DNA of 64,000 nucleotides. It comes from Ranitomeya imitator (Eukaryota). The stretch spans positions 829,436,001-829,500,000 of the forward strand of contig NC_091284.1 in NCBI RefSeq assembly GCF_032444005.1, written 5' to 3'. The notes under the pieces are model-generated. The model saw only the letters and a list, made by a program, of their open reading frames with translations, did not search any database and was not told where the DNA came from. Of this stretch, positions 24,903-35,388 are shown in pieces (within the stretch, counting starts at the first letter, position 1; each line of letters begins with the position of its first letter). A program made the translations under genes and the position numbers.

Positions 24903-25886
24903 TCAGGGCTTGGAGGAATTGTTCAGCAGCTCGTCCATCGTGAACCTCCGGAAGGCGATCTTTTCACATGCGTCCTTTCCACATTCAAACAAGCAGGCGA
25001 AGGAGTGAGTGTCCTGGCACACCGCCAAGTCCGAGTACCCACTAGGACCCTCATTGATGACCCACGGTGGGGTCCAGCTGGACGGCACAAGGGGTGACTT
25101 ATTCAAGTAGATTCCTAAGTCCATGCGCCCCCACCTGCTGGTAGGGTGGGAGTAGAGCAGCCAGGATGTGGCGCTATGGTTGAGGCGCGACTCTTCTCCG
25201 CCGTCCGCCTCGTCCTGGTGTACCTTTGGGGGCTGGTAGCTCACCACACTGCCCTGGCATCCATGAGGTGGCTCACAGAGGCTTTTATTGTAGTGGGCAT
25301 CTCCGAACTCCATGGACTGGGGGTCGCTGGTCGCCTCCACCCGGTAGTGCTGACTGGTCCTGGCGCTGCAGTACAGGAGGTCGTTGCCGTCGCTGCACGC
25401 CACCTCAGCCACCTCGCACTCCACTGTCTTCTGCCGCCACAGCCCGCTGCCCTTGTGCCAGCTCTCACCACGGTCGTCGCTGTAGAAGATAAAGGAGTGG
25501 GGCTTGGTCTTCCATGGGACGGGCAGGCCGCAGACGCGGGAGTGGATATAGTACAGATACGCTGGTACGATCAGCCTGCCCGATGGAGCGCAGACGCCGT
25601 GACCGGGGCCCACCGCAAAGGTGGCGCAGCTCTTCAGGTCCTCACCCAGAACCTCCTCCGTCACGTCCTTCAGTAGACTCCACGACTTGCCGTGGTCGTG
25701 GCTGGTGACGTAACAAAGCCGGGCAGCATTTCGTCCGGTTAAGATTTGCTTTAGCTCGGAGATGTCGGTTTTCACGCAAACAAAGAAGAGGAAGATGGTG
25801 TCGGTGGCGGGATCGTACAGCGGGCAGGGGTTCATGGTCCGGTGCCCCGGTAACTTGGCGTGTTCCACCGCCATCGTGTCTTCCCA
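24903..25886 (-). CDS. NEU3: Sialidase-3, last coding exon
   Basis: Acceptor TTAG|TGG at 25886. Motifs LPGHRTMNPCP, Asp boxes SHDHGKSW and SDDRGESW, TFAVGPGHG, ECEVAEV, LCEPPHGCQGSVV, WLLYSHPTS, GPSGYSDL, LFECG. Stop TGA at 24905-24903. Paralogue assigned by sequence and by adjacency to SPCS2. Confidence 0.95.
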   Translation of the reverse strand, partial: WEDTMAVEHAKLPGHRTMNPCPLYDPATDTIFLFFVCVKTDISELKQILTGRNAARLCYVTSHDHGKSWSLLKDVTEEVLGEDLKSCATFAVGPGHGVCAPSGRLIVPAYLYYIHSRVCGLPVPWKTKPHSFIFYSDDRGESWHKGSGLWRQKTVECEVAEVACSDGNDLLYCSARTSQHYRVEATSDPQSMEFGDAHYNKSLCEPPHGCQGSVVSYQPPKVHQDEADGGEESRLNHSATSWLLYSHPTSRWGRMDLGIYLNKSPLVPSSWTPPWVINEGPSGYSDLAVCQDTHSFACLFECGKDACEKIAFRRFTMDELLNNSSKP

Positions 25887-25966
25887 CTAATGAGGCAAAA
25901 CAGATGGAGAAGCTGGAAAGTCACAAGATCAAACGTGGGGGAGACGACGCCTTCAGGTGTTTCAGC

Positions 25967-26675
25967 CCGTACCTGGACCTCCCCGTGCTGCAACTCCCCG
26001 TACCTGGACCTCCCCGTACCTGCACCTTCCAGTACCTGCACCTCCCCGTGCTGCAACTCCCCGTACCTGGACCTCCCCGTGCCTGCACCTCCCGGAACCT
26101 GCACATCGCTGTGCTTGAACATCCCCGTACCTGCACCTCCCCGTACTTGCACATCCCCATACCTGTACCTCCGCATACCTGCATCTCCCTGTACCTGCAC
26201 CTCCCCGCACCTCCCCGCACCTCCCCGAACCTGCAGCTCTCCATACCTGCATCTCCCCGTACCTGCACATCGCCGTGCTTGCACATCCCCGCACCTGCAT
26301 CTCCCCGTACCTGCACCTCCCCGTGCTGCAACTCCCCGTACCTGCACCTCCCCGTCCCTGCACCTCCCCGTACCTGCACATCGCCGTGCTTGCACATCCC
26401 CGTACCTGCACATCCCCATACCTGCACCTCCCCGTACCTGCACATCGCCGTGCCTACACATCCCCGTACCTGCACCTCCCCAAGCTTGCACATCCCCGTT
26501 CATGCATCTCCCCGTTCTTGCACATCGCCGTGCTTGCACATCCCCATACCTGCACCTCCCCATACCTGCACCTCCCAGTACCTGCTCCTCCCCGTACTTG
26601 CTCATCGCCGTGCTTGCACTTCCCGTACCTTCACCTCTCCGTACCTGCACATCCCGTACCTTCACCTCCCCGTAC
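25967..26675 (-). repeat. ~16-bp minisatellite filling the NEU3 intron between the two coding exons, made of the donor-site sequence
   Basis: Unit GTACGGGGAGGTGCAG on the minus strand, matching the exon end GGGGATGTGCAG plus the donor GTACGG. Confidence 0.9.
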
Positions 26676-26876
26676 CTGCACATCCCCGTGCTGCACTCGG
26701 CCTCGCCTCACCACCAGGTACAACGCGTCTTGGTCAGCAGGGGAGGAGCGCATCTCCGCCAAGGCCAAGAAGATGGAAGGACCCGGGAGGTAGAGCAAAG
26801 CTGGGATACGATACGTGACCCCGCCAGGATCCTGCTGAAAGAGGGTCACCGTGTCCGGAAAGAGCACCGCCGCCAT
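26676..26876 (-). CDS. NEU3: Sialidase-3, first coding exon (67 codons)
   Basis: MAAVLFPDTVTLFQQDPGGVTYRIPALLYL...AEMR...DQDALYLVVRRG...DVQ with the YRIP motif. Acceptor CGCAG|G at 26890; donor CAG|GTACGG at 26676; phase 0 joins TGG of the next exon. Confidence 0.93.
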
Positions 26877-26957
26877 AACTGTACCCGAACCTGCGAGACA
26901 GCGGATACACAAGAATGACAGCAGAGAGCAATGGAGGGGTCAGAACCGAGCAATGAG

Positions 26958-29746
26958 ACACTGTATCTCATCCTATCCTGTGTGATACTGACTGCTGAGC
27001 CGTGTATCTAATCCTATCCTGTGTGATACTGACTGCTGAGCCATGTATCTAATCGTATCCTGTGTGATACTGTCTGCTGAGCCGTGTATCTAATCCTATC
27101 CTGTGTGATACTGACTGCTGAGCCATGTATCTAATCCTATCGTGTGTGATACTGTCTGCTGAGCCGTGTATCTAATCCTATCCTGTGTGATACTGACTGC
27201 TGAGCCATGTATCTAATCCTATCCTGTGTGATACTGTCTGCTGAGCCGTGTATCTAATCCTTTCCTGTGTGATAGTCTGCTGAGCCATGTATCTAATCCT
27301 ATCCTGTGTGATACTGTCTGCTGAGCCGTGTATCTAATCCTATCCTGTGTGATACTGTCTGCTGAGCCGTGTATCTAATCCTATCCTGTGTGATACTGAC
27401 TGCTGAGCCGTGTATCTAATCATATCCTATGTAATACTGTCTGCTGAGCCGTGTATCTAATCCTCTCCTGTGTGATACTGTCTGCTGAGCCGTGTATCTA
27501 ATCCTATCCTGTGTGATACTGTCTGCTGAGCCGTGTATCTAATCCTATCCTGTGTGATACTGTCTGCTGAGCCATGTATCTAATCCTATCCTGTGTGATA
27601 CTGTCTGCTGAGCCGTGTATCTAATCCTATCCTGTGTGATACTGTCTGCTGAGCCGTGTATCTAATCCTATCCTGTGTGATACTGACTGCTGAGCCGTGT
27701 ATCTAATCCTATCCTGTGTGATACTGTCTGCTGAGCCGTGTATCTAATCCTTTCCTGTGTGATAGTCTGCTGAGCAGTGTATCTAATCCTATCCTGTGTG
27801 ATACTGTCTGCTGAGCCGTGTATCTAATCCTAAGTAATACTGTCTGATGAGCCGTGTATCTAATCCAGACATGTGTAATACTGACTGCTGAGCCGTGTAT
27901 CTAATCCTCTCCTGTGTGATACTGACTGCTGAGTCGTGTATCTAATCCTCTCCTGTGTGATACTGTCTGCTGAGCCATGTATCTAATCCCCTCCTGTGTG
28001 ATACTGACTGCTGAGCCGTGTATCTAATCCCATCCTGTGTGATACTGACTGCTGAGCCGTGTATCTAATCCTCTCCTGTGTGATACTGACTGCTGAGACG
28101 TGTATCTAATCCTCTCCTGTGTGATACTGTCTGCTGAGCTGTGTATCTAATCCTATCCTGTGTGATACTGTCTGCTGAGCTGTGTATCTAATCCTATCCT
28201 GTGTGATACTGACTGCTGAGCCGTGTATCTAATCCTCTTTTGTGTGATACTGACTGCTGAGCCGTGTATCTAATCCTCTCCTGTGTGATACTGACTGCTG
28301 AGCCGTGTATCTAATCCTATCCTGTGTGATACTGTCTGCTGAGCCGTGTATCTAATCCTCTCCTGTGTGATACTGACTGCTGAGCCGTGTATCTAATCCT
28401 ATCCTGTGTGATACTGTCTGCTGAGCAGTATCTAATCCTATCCTGTGTGATACTGACTGCTGAGCCGTGTATCTAATCCTATCCTGTGTGATACTGACTG
28501 CTGAGCCGTGTATCTAATGCTATCCTGTGTGATACTGTCTGCTGAGCCGTGTATCTAATCCTATCCTGTGTGATACTGACTGCTGAGCCGTGTATCTAAT
28601 CCTATCCTGTGTGATACTGTCTGCTGAGCCGTGTATCTAATCCTCTCCTGTGTGATACTGTGCTGCTGAGCCATGTATCTAATCCTATCCTGTGTGATAC
28701 TGACTGCTGAGATGTGTATCTAATCCTATCCTGTGTGATACTGACTGCTGAGCTGTGTATCTAATCCTCTCCTGTGTGATACTGACTGCTGAGCCGTGTA
28801 TCTAATCCTCTTCTGTGTGATACTGTCTGCTGAGCTGTGTATCTAATCCTCTCCTGTGTGATACTGTCTGCTGAGCCGTGTATCTAATCCTATCCTGTGT
28901 GATACTGTCTGCTGAGATGTGTATCTAATCCTCTCCTGTGTGATACTGTGCTGCTGAGCCATGTATCTAATCCTATCCTGTGTGATACTGACTGCTGAGC
29001 TGTGTATCTAATCCTCTCCTGTGTGATACTGACTGCTGAGCCTTGTATCTAATCCTCTCCTGTGTGATACTGACTGCTGAGCCGTGTATCTAATCCTATC
29101 CTGTGTGATACTGTCTGCTGAGATGTGTATCTAATCCTCTCCTGTGTGATACTGTCTGCTGAGCCGTGTATCTAATCTTCTCCTGTGTGATACTGTCTGC
29201 TGAGCTGTGTATCTAATTCTATCCTGTGTGATACTGACTGCTGAGCCGTGTATCTAATCCTCTCCTGTGTGATACTGTCTGCTGAGCCGTGTATCTAATC
29301 ATGTCCTGTGTGATACTGTCTGCTGAGCCGTGTATCTAATCCTATCCTGTGTGATACTGTCTGCTGAGCCGTGTATCTAATTCTATCCTGTGTGATACTG
29401 ACTGCTGAGCCGTGTATCTAATTCTATCCTGTGTGATACTGACTGCTGAGCCGTGTATCTAATCATGTCCTGTGTGATACTGTCTGCTGAGCTGTGCATC
29501 TAATCCTGTGTGATACTGACTGCTGAGCCGTGTATCTAATCCTATCCTGTGTGATACTGACTGCTGAGCCGTGTATCTAATCCTATCCTGTGTGATACTG
29601 ACTGCTGAGCCGTGTATCTAATCCTATCCTGTGTGATACTGACTGCTGAGCCGTGTATCTAATCCTATCCTGTGTGATACTGACTGCTGAGCCGTGTATC
29701 TAATCCTGTGTGATACTGACTGCTGAGCCTTGTATCTAATCCTCTA
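26958..29746. repeat. 41-bp minisatellite D, second block (about 68 units), in predicted NEU3 intron 1
   Basis: Same unit as 17279-22722. Confidence 0.96.
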
Positions 29747-29829
29747 GCATTCCTTATCATGTATCCAAGCCCCTGCTGTGATACTCCGCAGCCCCCTCTA
29801 TGACATATACACAGCTGTTGGCTTCTCAC

Positions 29830-30130
29830 CTCCTTCTTTCCTGCAAACTGCTCCGATGTATAGTGGTACATAAAGAATCAGCTGGTCAGAAGTGTCTCAG
29901 CCTCAGGAGTTGGCGGCCATGTTTCCGGAGTCCATGAGACATGGAATGTTATATACGGAGACGCAGGAAACATGGCGCCCACAGTGAGCGGCTGACAGCT
30001 ACAAGCAGCGGCGCCTCTGGTGGTGAGAAGCTGAAGATGTCACGTGACTCAGCACCGTCTATCTAAAGGAGACGGCAGTCGCATCCCTGACTAGGACTTG
30101 TAGTCACATCGCCATCTGGTGGGCGCGGGT
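29830..30130 (-). promoter_or_regulatory. Candidate NEU3 promoter and non-coding exon 1
   Basis: Strong donor GAG|GTGAGA at 29830/29829; YY1-like AACATGGCCGCC (minus 29923-29912); GTCACGTGAC at 30039-30048; locally CpG-rich. Confidence 0.5.
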
Positions 30131-30744
30131 GGGACCGCAGTCATTGCCGTTCAGATTTATGGACGATATCGGGGTGATATTCTGCAGCGATGTACACAGA
30201 GAAGGCAGGCTTGAAAAACTGCTGTACTTTGCCGATATGTATTTGCAGTCTTTTTTTTTTCTCAAGTGCTGGTAACAGTGAAAAAACCCTTTATATGATG
30301 CTGGAGTTTCCGTGTGCTGGTGCCGGGCTATCGTTCTCTATCCCATCTTGTGTTGTTTTACGATCGTTCTTTGTGGCTTTTTTATGTCATTTCTTCCTTA
30401 TATTGCAGACGATCAGGAAAGCGGAGACGGCGGCGGCTGCAGGCGGGAGCATTACATGGCGCCGGCGGTGCAACAAACGCTGTCGCACGGACGTGGAATC
30501 GGCCCGTTCTTAGGACTGGCGCTTTCTAGCTGGTTTTTAGCGTTTTTCACGTGCGCGGGTTTTTTTGTTTTGCTGTTTTTTTGAATTCGGAGCTTGAAAA
30601 ATGTGAAAATAAAATCATCAACTGTGAAACAATGAAATGAATAAATAAAAAAATCTGCAAATGATTAATGAGGACGGATCACTTCCCGGAATCCTTTCTG
30701 AATCAAGTCCTTCTTTGTCAGGATCACTGCTTGCTGTCAGCATG

Positions 30745-32105
30745 CCAGACATGCGCACCACGGTCCGGCCCGGGGCCAGACATGCGCACCACGGTCCGGC
30801 CCGGGGCCAGACATGCGCACCACGGTCCGGCCCGGGACCAGACATGCGCACCACGGTCCGGCCCGGGGCCAGACATGCGCACCACGGTCCGGCCCGGGGC
30901 CAGACATGCGCACCACGGTCCGGCCCGGGGCCAGACATGCGCACCACGGTCCGGCCCGGGGCCAGACATGCGCACCACGGTCCGGCCCGGGGCCAGACAT
31001 GCGCACCACGGTCCGGCCCGGGACCAGACATGCGCACCACGGTCCGGCCCGGGACCAGACATGCGCACCACGGTCCGGCCCGGGACCAGACATGCGCACC
31101 ACGGTCCGGCCCGGGACCAGACATGCGCACCACGGTCCGGGACCAGACATGCGCACCACGGTCCGGCCCGGGACCAGACAAGCGCACCACGGTCCGGCCC
31201 GGGACCAGACATGCGCACCACGGTCCGGCCCGGGACCAGACATGCGCACCACGGTCCGGCCCGGGACCAGACATGCGCAACACGGTCCGGTCCGGGACCA
31301 GACATGCGCACCACGGTGGGGCCCGGGACCAAACATACGCACCACGGTCCGGCCCGGGACCAGACATGCGCACCACGGTCCGGGCCGGGACCAGACATGC
31401 GCAACACGGTCCGGCCCGGGACCAGACATGCGCAACACGGTCCGGCCCGGGACCAGACATGCGCAACACGGTCCGGTCCGGGACCAGACATGCGCACCAC
31501 GGTGGGGCCCGGGACCAAACATACGCACCACGGTCCGGCCCGGGACCAGACATGCGCACCACGGTCCGGGCCGGGACCAGACATGCGCAACACGGTCCGG
31601 CCCGGGACCAGACATGCGCACCACGGTCCGGCCCGGGACCAGACATGCGCAACACGGTCCGGCCCGGGACCAGACATGCGCAACACGGTCCGGTCCGGGA
31701 CCAGACATGCGCAACACGGTCCGGTCCGGGACCAGACATGCGCACCACGGTCCGGCCCGGGACCAGACATGCGCACCACGGTCCGGCCCGGGACCAGACA
31801 TGCGCACCACGGTCCGGCCCGGGACCAGACATGCGCACCACGGTCCGGCCCGGGACCAGACAAGCGCCCCACGGTCCGGCCCGGGACCAGACATGCGCAC
31901 CACGGTCCGGTCCGGGACCAGACATGCGCACCACGGTCCGGCCCGGGACCAGACATGCGCAACACGGTCCGGCCCGGGACCAGACATGCGCAACACGGTC
32001 CGGTCCGGGACCAGACATGCGCACCACGGTGGGGCCCGGGACCAAACATGCGCACCACGGTCCGGCCCGGGACCAGACATGCGCACCACGGTCCGGCCCG
32101 GGGCC
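30745..32105. repeat. 31-bp CpG-rich minisatellite F (about 44 units)
   Basis: Unit CCAGACATGCGCACCACGGTCCGGCCCGGG(A/G); 31-aa period in the spurious ORFs. Confidence 0.97.
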
Positions 32106-32292
32106 AGGAAGAACCAGTGGATCACAATATCACAAGTCCCCCATGCAATCATTAGCAGCCCCCATACTTGTAGTCCTCCAACATATACAGAAAGTTCCTT
32201 AAAGTATTCACCCCCTTTGGCTTTTTACCTGTTTTGTTACAACCGGAGTGTAAATATTTGTGTAATCTGCTTTGTGTGTGATGCATCAGCGG

Positions 32293-32565
32293 TGGGGATG
32301 AGCGAATAGCTTCTAATAAGAGCTTATCCGAATAGCTGCCTCTGTCACCTGGGTACCGGAGCGCTCCCGATAATCAGCTGTCCGGCTCCGCAGCGGCTTG
32401 TGTCACATGACACAGGCTCTCCATACATGTGTTGTGACTGTCGCACAGCCATGACACATGCAGCTGCAGAGCCAGACAGCTGAATATAGGGGGCGCTCCG
32501 GGTACCCAGGTTACAGAGGCAGCTATTAAGATAAGGAGTTATCGGAAGATATTCAACCAACCCTA
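32293..32565. mobile_element. hAT-type MITE inside the decayed Tc1
   Basis: Ends TGGGGATGAGCGAATA / TATTCAACCAACCCTA; 8-bp flanks ATCAGCGG/ATCAGCAG. Confidence 0.7.
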
Positions 32566-32816
32566 ATCAGCAGTAAATAGTCTTAATTATATTTATGGGG
32601 TAAATTAAAAATTGGCATGTGCATATGTATTCACCCCTTTTGCTATGAAACCCCTAAACATTTCTGGGGCAAGTAATTCCCTTCGTAAGTCCCATGCTCA
32701 ATGACAAGATGTCCCCCTGTGTGCGATCTAATGTCACATGTCTGTCTTTACCTTCTCTGAAAGACCACAGAGGCTGCAACACCATTAACAAGAGGCACGA
32801 GTAACCAAACACCACA

Positions 32817-33545
32817 ATGACCAAGGAGATCTCCAATCACCACCACATAGACCAAAGAGATCGCCAAACCCCAACACATAGACCAAGGAGATCTCCAAAC
32901 AACACCACAAACACCAAGGAGATCTCCAAACACAAATACGTAGACCACGGAGATCTCCAAACAACACCACAAACACCAAGGAGATCTCCAATCACCACCA
33001 CGAAGACCAAAGAGATCGCCAAACCCCAACACATAGACCAAGGAGATCTCCAAACAACACCACAAACACCAAGGAGATCTCCAAACACAAATACGTAGAC
33101 CACGGAGATCTCCAAACAACACCACAAACACCAAGGAGATCTCCAGTCACCACCACGAAGACCAAGGAGATCTCCAGTCACCACCACATAGACCAACGAG
33201 ATCGCCAAACGCCAACACATAGACCAAGGAGATCTCCAATCACCACCACGAACACCAAGGAGATCTCCAATCACTACCACAAAGAGCAAGGAGATCACCA
33301 AACACCAACACATAGACCAAGGAGATCACCAAACGCCAACACATAGACCAAGGAGATCGACAAACACCAACACATAGACCAAAGAGATCGCCAAACACCA
33401 ATACGTAGACCAAGAAGATTGCCAAACAACACCGTGAAGATCAAGAAGATCTCCCAACACCAACACGTAGGCCAAGGAGATCTCCAAATACCACCATGAA
33501 GACCAAGGAGATTTCCACAGACCACCAAGGAGATCTCCAAACATT
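32817..33545 (+). repeat. Minisatellite G derived from the Tc1 transposase start
   Basis: Repeats of (G)ACCAAGGAGATCTCCAAACAACACCAC, matching the ATGAAGACCAAGGAGATTTCC start at 33496. Confidence 0.8.
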
Positions 33546-34321
33546 ACAATGTACACCAGTGAGATCTCCAAACCACACCATGATGCCAAGAAGATCTCCA
33601 CACAAGTCAGCACCATTATATCTATTATCATCAAATGGAAAGAACATGGTACCACAACAAGCCTGCCAAAAGAGGGCTTCCCACCAAAACTCTCAGCCCA
33701 GGCAAGGAGGACATTGATCAGAGAGGCAGCTCAGAGACAAAGGGTAGCCCAGAAGGACCTGCAGATTTCCCATGCAGAGTGGAGTATCTGTCCATCCGAC
33801 CACAATAAGCCGTCCATTCCATAGAGATGGAGTTTATGGAAAAGCGGGCAGAAAAACGCCTTTACTTATACACAAACATTACAAGTCTCGTTTTCAGTTT
33901 GCCAAAAGACATGTGGGAGGCTCCCCAAGTGTGTGGAGGAAGGTGCTATCAGATGAGACCAAAATTTAACTTTTTGGCCATCAAAAGTAAATGCTGTATG
34001 TGGCTCTAAACCAACACAGCTCATCACCCCAAGAACACCATCCCCAAAGTGAAACATGGTGGTGGTAGCATCATGCTATGGGGGATATTTTTCAGCAGCA
34101 GAGAGAAGAAAAATTGTCTCAGTTGAGGGGAAGATGGATGGTGTGAAATACAGGGATATTCTTGCGCAAAACCTGTTTCAGTCGGTCAGTGATCGGATAC
34201 GGAGATTCACCTTCCAACAAGACAATGACCCCCAGCATACTGCTAAAGCAACACTCGAGTGGTGTAAGGGGAAACGTGAAAATGTTTGGGAGTGGACGAG
34301 TCACATCCCAGACTTTAAAGA

Positions 34322-34582
34322 GGTCATCCTCTACAATGTGTAGTGGGCAGATCAACCTGAGCAGGGCAGAGCGTCACCACACGTCACAGCCCAGCATCGC
34401 ACGCTCTCCTGCACTGCACAGAACGCTGCACGCCGGCGTGATGCTGGACTGTGACGTGCGGTGAAGCTTCGCGCACAGACCCGTCACTCAGGGCCACCGC
34501 TTCCCGCCTCGGTGATGCCGGGCCAGCTTCCAGTTCAGTAAGTTGCCGCGATCTGCCCACTACACATTGCAGAGGACGACCT
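34322..34582. mobile_element. Small MITE inserted at the SPDLNP codons of the decayed Tc1
   Basis: Inverted ends AGGTCATCCTCTACAATGTGTAGTGGGCAGATC / GATCTGCCCACTACACATTGCAGAGGACGACCT, preceded by TTAA; right TSD unclear. Confidence 0.6.
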
Positions 34583-35388
34583 CCAATGGAGAATCTGTGG
34601 TCAGACGGGAAGATCGCAGGTCACCGGAGGAAACACCTAACCTGAAGGACCTGGAGCAGTTCGCCTTAAGGAAAGGACAAAAATCCCAGCGGTCAGACGT
34701 GGAAATCTCAGAGACTCATCCAGAGTGACTGCAGCTGTAAGTGCCACAAAAGGAGGCTCCACAAAGTACCGACTTTAGGGGGGTGAATAGTTACGCACAC
34801 TGAAGATTTCAGTTATTTTGTCCTATTTGTTGTTTGCTTCACAATAAAAACAAATGTTAACGGTGGTCGGCGCGTTCTGTACACGAACTGATGCTAACCC
34901 TCAAATAAAACTGTGAAACTTCAGGTTGTGAGGTATCAAAACAGGAAAATGCCAAGTCGAGGGGTGTGAAAACTCCTGCAAACCACCATTTGTAAACATC
35001 CATCATCCAGGTGACATCGCTTCATTACAACCAATCAGATTGGTTATTTTCCAGTCTGGATCGTAATAATCATTATAATTCTCAGATCTCGCAAATTTTA
35101 GCAGTACATGAATGGATTTTCCACACACAAAGCCGACAATTCCATGCAAGCAGCTGACGAAGGAATGAAGCTGTCCGCACCAAGAACGGCCGACCGGGCA
35201 ACAACACAGCGACAAGCGTCTGCTAAGACAACACTGGTGTCCGGAGACAGGGACATTTCTGCATTACAGACACCACCTACCCGACAGGAGACGACTCTAC
35301 TGCGAATGCATTGTTCTATCCCTGCAAGAGTGGAGCTGGACAAAGGAACATCATGGCACATCAAGGTGAGGGAAGAGGTTAAAATATT

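Larger units (their letters stand above)
32188..34990 (+). mobile_element. Decayed Tc1 transposon with internal insertions
   Basis: TA|CAG...AAAGTATTCACCCC left end. Frameshifted transposase remnants (MKTKEIS, KWKEHGTT, SDETK, FQQDNDPQH, MENLW) at 33496-34760. Right end approximate. Confidence 0.8.

Noticed and set aside
24903-26876. Assignment as NEU2 or NEU4
   Set aside because: Motifs (LCEPPHGCQGSVV, WLLYSHPTS) and the position next to SPCS2/XRRA1 favour NEU3; a phylogeny was not run.
25832-26918. Cys/Pro/Gly-rich ORFs overlapping NEU3
   Set aside because: Come from the intronic ~16-bp repeat; the NEU3 frame itself stops 14 codons into the intron.
5981-29746. CRISPR-like arrays
   Set aside because: Head-to-tail repeats without unique spacers, no cas genes, eukaryotic context.
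30618-32309. Six overlapping 440-510-aa ORFs
   Set aside because: A stop-free 31-bp GC-rich unit opens all six frames.
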